Assembly (NCBI GenBank): GCA_002104905.1
Contig: MCFE01000493.1
Location: forward strand, 2,804-66,803
Source of the DNA: Basidiobolus meristosporus CBS 931.73
Lineage: Eukaryota; Fungi; Basidiobolomycota
Reading direction: 5' to 3'
DNA length: 64,000 nt
Shown: positions 55,840 through 64,000 of the stretch, piece by piece
Numbering within the stretch: the stretch's first letter is position 1
How the letters are laid out: each line of letters opens with the position of its first letter
Position numbers and translations under genes: made by a program
Notes under the pieces: model-generated
Told to the model about the DNA's origin: nothing
Database searches by the model: none
The model's input: the letters and a program-made list of their open reading frames with translations, nothing else

Positions 55840-58800
55840 TCACTTCCAATCACAAATAATCGATTGGCCAAGAGTTTTACAAACTGTGCCGCTAGCACAA
55901 TGGTTTTGAATCAAACGACCGTTGCTGCAGACGAAGAAGACTGGTGAAGTACCAGATTGCAGACAACTATACTGCCCGTCAGTGCACACCCCACGGTGAG
56001 TGGTCTTTGCATGGTTTTCTTCCCGCGTAACCGTCACGGTTTGAATATTGTGCAAAGTGACAGTTTGCACAGTGGTAACCGTAACCGGAGTAACATCAGT
56101 GACAGAAACAGTCAGAGTGGCTGTAGCACAGCCCGGGGCACATGTGGTGACAGAGGAAATTGGGAGACCTAAGAAATAAGCAAGTCAGAATGCTGTATAT
56201 ATAGTATCATACGAAATACACTTACCGCTTGCCTGAGGAGAATTGGAAATAATGTTGGAAACCATATGGGTACCACCTCCTACAGAAGCAGAAGGCTGAA
56301 CAATGACAGTGCGGTCAATTACAGTGTGAACCTTGCCATCTGTCTCCGTAACAGTAACAGTGCGAGCTCCGCTTTCAACGGATACCGTGGGCTGAACAGT
56401 GACAGTGTAAGCATTACCATCTGTCTGAGTAACGGTAATGGTGCGAACACCACTTCCGACGGAAGCATTAGGCTGAACTATTACAGTGCGAACATCGCCA
56501 TGTGTCTCGGTGATAGTAACGGTGCGAGCACCGCTTTCGACAGAACTAGTAGGCTGTACAGTGACGGCACGGTCAACGACAGTATGAACCTTGTCGTTAG
56601 CCTTAGTAATGGTAACAGTACGAGCACCGGTTTCCACGGAAACAGTAGGCTGGACAGTGACTGTGCGAACATTGCCATCAGTCTCAGTAACGGTAACGGT
56701 GTGAGCACCGCTTTCGACGGATACAGCTGGCTGAACAGAGACAGTGTGGTCAGCGATAGTGTGTACGTTGCCATCTGTCTCGGTAATGGTAACTGTGTGA
56801 GGAGCGCTTTCCACAGAAACAGTGGGCTGAACAGTGACAGCGCGGTCAACCACAGTATGAACCTTGCCGTTAGCCTTGGTGATGGTAACAGTGCGAGCAC
56901 CGGTTTCGACGGAAACAGTAGGCTGGACAGTGACTGTGCGAACATTGCCATCAGTCTCAGTAACGGTAACGGTGTGAGCACCGCCTTCGACGGATACAGC
57001 TGGCTGAACAGAGACAGTGTGGTCAACGATAGTGTGTACGTTGCCATCTGTCTCGGTGATAGTAACTGTGCGAGGACCGCTTTCCAGGGAAACAGTAGGC
57101 TGAACAGTGACAGTGCGGTCAACAACACCGTTAGCCTTAGTAATGGTGACGGTACGAGCACCTGTTTCGACGGACACAGTAGGCTGAACAACGACAGTGC
57201 GAACATTGCCATCGGTCTCAGTAACGGTAAGGGTGCGAGCACCGCTCTCCACGGAAGTAGTAGGCTGAATAGTGACAGTGCGGTCAACGACGGTGCGTAC
57301 ATTACCGTCAGTCTCAGTAATAGTGACTGTGTGCGCACCGCTTTCGACGGAAACAGTAGGTTGAACAGTGACAGTGCGAACCTTGGCATTAGTCTCAGTA
57401 ACGGTAACGGTGCGAGCACCAGTTTCAACAGAAACAGTAGGCTGAACAGTGACGGAGCGCTCAATGACAGTGTGAACCTTGCCGTCAGTTTCGATGATAG
57501 TAAGGGTGCGAGCACCGCTCTCAACGGAAACTGTAGGTTGCACAATGACAGTGTGGTCAACAACAGTGCGAACCTTGCCGTCAGTCTCAATAATGGTAAC
57601 GGTATGAGCACCGCTCTCGACGGAAACAGTAGGCTGAGCAGTGACAGTGTGGTCAACAACAGTATGAACCTTGTCATCAGTCTCAGTAACGGTAAAGGTG
57701 CGAGCACCACTCTCCACAGAAACGGTAGGCTGAACAGTGACAGTACGGTCAACGACAGTGCGAACCTTGCCGTCAGTCTCAGTAATAGTAATGGTACGAC
57801 CACCGCTCTCGACAGAAACAGTAGGCTGAACAGTGACAGTGCGGTCAACAACAGTGTGAACGTTGCCGTCGGTCTCAGTGATAGTAACGGTACGAGCACC
57901 GCTCTCGACAGAAACGATAGGCTGAACATTGGCCGTGCGGTCAATGACAGTGTGTACCTTGCCATCAGTCTCAGTGATGGTAACAGTGCGAGCACTGCTC
58001 TCGACAGAAACCGTAGGTTGAACAGTGACAGTACGGTCAATGACAGTGTGAACCTTGCCATCAGTCTCTGTTATAGTAACGGTGCGAGCACCACTTTCGA
58101 CGGAAACCGTAGGTTGAACAGTGACAGTACGGTCAATGACAGTGTGAACCTTGCCATCAGTCTCAGTAATGGTAACAGTGCGAGCACCGCTCTCGACGGA
58201 AACAGTAGGCTGAACAGTAACAGTGCGGTCAATGACAGTGTGAACCTTGCCATCAGTCTCTGTTATAGTAACGGTGCGAGCACCACTTTCGACGGAAACC
58301 GTAGGTTGAACAGTGACAGTACGGTCAATGACAGTGTGAACCTTGCCATCAGTCTCAGTAATGGTAACAGTGCGAGCACCGCTCTCGACGGAAACAGTAG
58401 GCTGAACAGTAACAGTGCGGTCAATGACAGTGTGAACCTTGCCATCAGTCTCTGTTATAGTAACGGTGCGAGCACCACTTTCGACGGAAACAGTAGGCTG
58501 AACATTGACGGTGCGGTCAATGACAGTGTGTACCTTGCCATCAGTCTCAGTAATAGTAATGGTACGGGCGCCGCTCTCGACGGATGCAGTAGGCAGAACA
58601 GTGAAAGTACGGTCAATGACAGTGTGAACCTTGTCGTCAGTCTCAGTAGTGGTAACGGTGTGAGCACCACTTTCGACGGAAGCCGTAGGTTGAACAGTGA
58701 CAGTGCGGTCAATGACAGTGTGAACCCTGCCATCGGTTTCAGTAATAGTAATGGTACGAGCGCCACTCTTAGCGGAAGTAGCAGGCTGAGCAGTGACGGT

Positions 58801-61800
58801 GCGGTTAACAATAGTGCGAACCTTGCCGTCAGTCTCAGTAATGGTAACGGTGCGAGCACCTCTTTCGACGGAAACAGTAGGCTGAACGGTGATAGTGCGG
58901 TCAATGACAGTGCGAACCTTGCCATCAGTCTCAGTAATGGTAATGGTGCGAGCACCACTTTCGACGGAAACCGTAGGTTGAACAGTGACAGTACGGTCAA
59001 TGACAGTGTGAACCTTGCCATCAGTCTCAGTGATAGTAACAGTACGAGCACCACTTTCGACGGAAACAGTAGGCTGAACGGTGATAGTGCGGTCAATGAC
59101 AGTGTGAACCTTGCCATCAGTCTCCGTAATAGTAATGGTGCGAGCACCACTTTCGACGGAAACAGTAGGCTGAACATTGACAGTGCGGTCAATGACAGTG
59201 TGAACCTTGCCATCAGTCTCAGTAATGGTAACGGTGCGAGCACCACTTTCGACAGAAACAGTAGGCTGAACATTGGCCGTGCGGTCAATGATAGTGTGTA
59301 CCTTGCCATCAGTCTCCGTAATAGTAATGGTGCGAGCACCGCTTTCGACGGAAACAGTAGACTGAACATTGACGGTGCGGTCAATGACAGTGTGTACCTT
59401 GCTATCAGTCTCAGTAATAGTAATGGTACGGGCGCCGCTCTCGACGGAAGCAGTAGGCAGAACAGTGACAGTACGGTCAATGGCAGTGTGAACCTTGTCG
59501 TCAGTCTCAGTAATGGTAACAGTACGAGCGCCGCTCTCGACGGAAACAGTAGGTTGACCAGTGACAGTACGGTCAATGACAGTGTGAACCTTGCCATCAG
59601 TCTCAGTAATGGTAACGGTGCGATCACCACTTTCGACGGAAACACTAGGTTGACCGGTGACAGTGCGGTCAATGACAGTGTGATCCTTGCCGTCAGTCTC
59701 AGTAAGGGTAACAGTGCGAGCACCGCTCTCTACGGAAATAGTATGGTCAATGACAGTGTGAACCTTGTCGTCAGTCTCAGTAATGGTAACGGTGTGAGCA
59801 CCACTTTCGACGGAAACCGTAGGTTGAACAGTAACAGTACGGTCAATGACAGTGTGAACCTTGCCATCAGTCTCAGTAATGGTAACAGTGCGAGCACCAC
59901 TTTCGACGGAAATACTCGGTTGAACAGTGATAGTGCGATCAATGACAGTGTGAACCTTGCCATCAGTCTCAGTAATGGTAACGGTGTGAGCACCGCTCTC
60001 GACGGAAACCGTAGGTTGAACAGTGATAGTACGGTCAATGACAGTGTGAACCTTACTGTCAGTCTCAGTAACGGTAACGGTGCGAGCACCACTTTCGACA
60101 GAAACAGTAGGCTGAACAGTGACAGTGCGATCAATGACAGTGTGAACCTTGCCATCAGTCTCAGTGATAGTAACAGTACGAGTACCACTTTCGACGGAAA
60201 CAGTAGGCTGAACACTGACCGTGCGGTCAATGACAGTGTGAGCCTTGCCATCAGTCTCAGTAGTGGTAACGGTGCGAGCACCGCTCTCGACGGAAATAGT
60301 CGGTTGAGCAGTGATAGTGCGGTCAATGACAGTGTGTACCTTGCCATCAGTCTCAGTAGTGGTAACGGTGCGAGCACCGCTCTCGACAGAAACTGTATTC
60401 TGAACAGTAACAGTGTGGTCGACCACAGTGTGAACCGTACGAGCACCACTCTTGATGGAAACCATAGGTTGAACGGTTACAGTACGGTCAACAATTGTGT
60501 GTACCTTGCCATCAGTCTCAGTAACGGTAACGGTGCGAGCACCGCTCTCGACGGAAACAGTGGGTTGAATAGTGACGGTGCGGTCAATGACAGTGTGTAC
60601 CTTGCCATCAGTCTCAGTAACAGTAACGGTGCGAGCACCGCTCTCCACGGAAACTGTAGGTGGAACGGTTACAGTACGATCAACAATAGTGTGAACGTTA
60701 CCGTCAGTCTCAGTAACGGTAACGGTGCGAGCACCACTTTCGACAGAAACAGTAGGCTGAACAGTGACAGTGCGATCAATGACAGTGTGAACCTTGCCAT
60801 CAGTTTCAGTAACGGTAACGGTGCGAGCACCGCTCTCGACGGAAACCGTAGGTAGAACGGTGACAGTACGGTCAACAATAGTGTGTACCTTGCCATCGGT
60901 CTCAGTGATTGTGACGGTGCGAGCACCGCTCTCGACGGAAACCGTAGGCTGAACAGTGACAGTACGGTCAACCACAGTGTGAACCTTGTCGTCAGTCTCA
61001 GTAACGGTAAAGGTACGAGCACCACTTTCGACAGAAACCGTAGGTTGGATGGTGACAGTACGGTCAACAATAGTGTGAACCTTACCGTCAGTCGCAGTAA
61101 CGGTAACGGTGTGGGCTCCGCTCTCGTCGGAAACTGTAGGTTGGGCGGTAACAGTGTGGTCAACCACAGTGCGAACCTTGCCGTCAGTCTCCGTAATGGT
61201 AACTGTGCGAGCGCCGCTCTCGACGGAAACAGTAGGCTGTATGGTTGCAGTATGGACTTTGCCTTTAGTCTTTATCACAGTAACAGTGGGCTCAGTAATC
61301 GTTACATCAACTGAAGTTTCAGGTTGAACGGTAACCACCTCAGATGGTGTGATAGTCACGGAGTATTTGTCAGTTAGTGTTGGCTCCGTTACTGTAACTG
61401 TGGGCTCGGTAATTGTGACTTCCATTGATGTATCATAGTGAATTGTGACTTCCTTCAAAGGCACCGTAGTAACAGAGTGCTTATTGGTAACTACACGTTC
61501 ACTACGACGACTCTCGGTCTGTTGAGACTTAATTTGATGGTGTTGCGAAGCGCGAGCTTTCTCAGTCTCCTTAGAACCAGTGCGGTAATCTTTACTGGGG
61601 TGAGGCTTCTCAGTTTCCTCGGACTCGGTATGATAGCGCTCGCTTGAGTATGGCGTCTCGGTCTTCTTATACGCAGTATGATCATGCACGCTTGAGTGAG
61701 GCTTCGCAGTTTCTTTAGACTCCGAACGATGGTGTTCACTAAAGTGAGGCTTCGCGGTCTCCTTGGACTCAGTGTGATGGTGTTCACTAGAGTGAGGCTT

Positions 61801-64000
61801 TGCGGTATCCTTGGACTCGGTGTGTTGGCGTTCACTGGAGTGAGATTTCTCAGTTTCCTGGGACTCAGTGTGCTGGCGTTCACTGGAGTGAGGCTTCTCA
61901 GTTTGCTGGGACTCGATGTGATGACGCTCACTAGAGTGAGGCTTCACAGTTTCCTTGGATTCCGAACGATGGTGTTCGCTGGAGTATGGCTTCTCGGTCT
62001 CCTTGGTCTCGGTGTGCTGGCGTTCACGGGAGTGGGGCTTTTCAGTTTCCTTGGACTCCGGACGATGGTGTTGGCTCGAGCGAGGCTTCTCAGTCTCCTT
62101 GGACTTGGTGTGATGGTGTTCGCTGGAGTGAGGCTTCACGGTCTCCTTGGACTCGATGTGATGGCGCTCACTAGAGTGAGGCTTCACAGTTTCCTTGGAT
62201 TCCGAACGATGGTGTTCGCTGGAGTATGGCTTCTCGGTCTCCTTGGTCTCGGTGTGCTGGCGTTCACGGGAGTGGGGCTTTTCAGTTTCCTTGGACTCCG
62301 AACGATGGTGTTGGCTGGAGTGAGGCTTCTCAGTCTCCTTGGACTTGGTGTGATGGTGTTCGCTGGAGTGAGGCTTCACGGTCTCCTTGGACTCGATGTG
62401 ATGACGCTCACTAGAGTGAGGCTTCACAGTTTCCTTGGATTCCGAACGACGGTGTTCGCTGGAGTGAGGCTTCTCGGTCTCCTTGGACTCGGAATGATGG
62501 CGCTCATTGGAATGAGGCTTCTCAGTTTCCTTGGACTCCGAACGATGGTGTTCGCTAGAGTGAGGCTTCTCGGTCTCCTTGGACTTGGTGTGATAATGTT
62601 CGCTGGAGTGAGGCTTCTCGGTCTCCTTGGACTCCGAACGATGGTGTTGGCTGGAGTGAGGCTTCTCAGTCTCCTTGGACTTGGTGTGATGGTGTTCGCT
62701 GGAGTGAGGCTTCTCGGTCTTCTTGGACTCGGTGTGATGGCGCTCACTGGAATGAGGCTTCTCAGTTTCCTTGGACTCGGTGTGATGGCGCTCACTGGAA
62801 TGAGGCTTCTCGGTTTCCTTGGATTCCGAACGATGGTGTTCGCTGGAGTGAGGCTTCTCGGTCTCCTTGGACTTGGTGTGATGGCGCTCACTGGAATGAG
62901 GCTTCTCAGTTTCCTTTGACTCCGAACGATGGTGTTCGCTGATGTGAGGCTTCTCGGTCTCCTTGGACTCGATGTGATCGCGTTCACTGGAATGAGGCTT
63001 CTCAGTTTCCTTGGACTCCGAACGATGGTGTTCGCTGGAGTGAGGCTTCTCGGTCTCCTTGGACTCGGAATGATGGCGCTCATTGGAATGAGGCTTCTCA
63101 GTTTCCTTGGACTCAGTGTGATGGTGTTCGCTGGAGTGAGGCTTCTCGGTCTCCTTGGACTCGGTGTGATGGCGCTCACTGGAATGAGGCTTCTCAGTTT
63201 CCTTGGACTCCGAACGATGGTGTTGGCTGGAGTGAGGCTTCTCGGTCTCCTTGGATTCAATGTGATGACGCTCACTAGAGTGAGGCTTCTCAGTTTCCTT
63301 GGACTCCGAACGATGGTGTTCGCTGGAGTGAAGCTTCTCGGTCTCCTTGGACTCGGTATGATGGCGCTCACTGGAATGAGGCTTCACAGTTTCTTTAGAC
63401 TCCGAACGATGGTGTTCACTAAAGTGAGGCTTCGCGGTCTCCTTGGACTCAGTGTGATGGTGTTCACTAGAGTGAGGCTTCACAGTTTGCTTGGATTCCG
63501 AACGACGGTGTTCGCTAGAGTGAGGCTTCTCGGTCTCCTTGGACTCGGAATGATGGCGCTCACTGGAATGAGGCTTCTCAGTTTCCTTGGACTCAGTGTG
63601 ATGGTGTTGGCTGGAGTGAGGCTTCTCGGTCTCCTTGGACTCGGTGTGATGGCGCTCACTGGAATGAGGCTTCTCAGTTTCCTTGGACTCCGAACGATGG
63701 TGTTGGCTGGAGTGAGGCTTCTCGGTCTCCTTGGACTTGGTGTGATGGTGTTCGCTGGAGTAAGGCTTCTCGGTCTCCTTGGATTCAATGTGATGACGCT
63801 CACTAGAGTGAGGCTTCACAGTTTCCTTGGATTTCGAACGATGGTGTTCGCTGGAGTGAAGCTTCTCGGTCTCCTTGGACTCGGTATGATGGCGCTCACT
63901 GGAATGAGGCTTCTCAGTTTCCTTGGACTCCGAACGATGGTGTTCGCTGGAGTGAGGCTTCTCGGTCTCCTTGGACTCGATGTGATGACGCTCACTAGAG
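55840..64000 (-). CDS. 3' part of a giant repetitive cell-surface protein: His-rich repeats, Thr/Val-rich repeats, C-terminal CBM19-like module
   Basis: The frame is open from the window end to 56226. Intron 56225-56169 (GTAAGT...TTAG). The last exon ends CTDGQYSCLQSGTSPVFFVCSNGRLIQNHCASGTVCKTLGQSIICDWK. The 5' end lies outside the window. Confidence 0.9.
56290..61260 (-). repeat. Coding minisatellite, 96-bp unit (TVTITETDGKVHTVIDRTVTVQPTVSVESGAR), roughly 50 copies
   Basis: Periodicity is directly visible. Confidence 0.95.
61520..64000 (-). repeat. Coding minisatellite, 48-bp unit (ESKETEKPHSSE[H/R]H[H/R][S/T]), roughly 50 copies, continuing past the window end
   Basis: Periodicity is directly visible. 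Confidence 0.95.

Noticed and set aside
56266-60855. 1529-aa plus-strand ORF and other long alternate-frame ORFs over the giant repeat gene
   Set aside because: These are shadows of a stop-free tandem repeat. The minus frame has the coherent composition, intron and terminal domain.
55840-64000. CRISPR-like array
   Set aside because: The repeats are contiguous coding units without unique spacers, and the context is eukaryotic.

Overview
Intron-rich fungal genomic DNA with GT-AG introns and CTAAC-type branch points. The gene content suggests an early-diverging fungus, possibly Basidiobolus-like; this is inference only. 1-2.7 kb and 40.7-53.2 kb are nests of Ty1/copia LTR retrotransposons, including one full-length copy (42691-47376, TSD ATCAG, intact 1339-aa ORF). 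3-40 kb is gene-dense: RRP3, thioredoxin, BNA6, a TCTEX1D2-like dynein light chain, three M14 carboxypeptidases, a penta-EF-hand protein, RPA43, a cation-chloride cotransporter, a PPR protein, MTAP, carnosine N-methyltransferase, a PMT, a subtilisin, an NCE101-like microprotein and a histidine acid phosphatase. The right end holds the 3' part of a giant His-rich then Thr/Val-rich repeat protein ending in a CBM19-like module. The most notable non-coding features are: (1) a ~179-nt structured element in four near-identical copies, each behind the same fixed-spacing TCCCAY + TATA-like promoter, flanking two carboxypeptidase paralogs, which I could not assign to a known RNA family; (2) a non-coding host gene divergent from RRP3 with two C/D snoRNAs in consecutive introns separated by a zero-length AG|GT exon.
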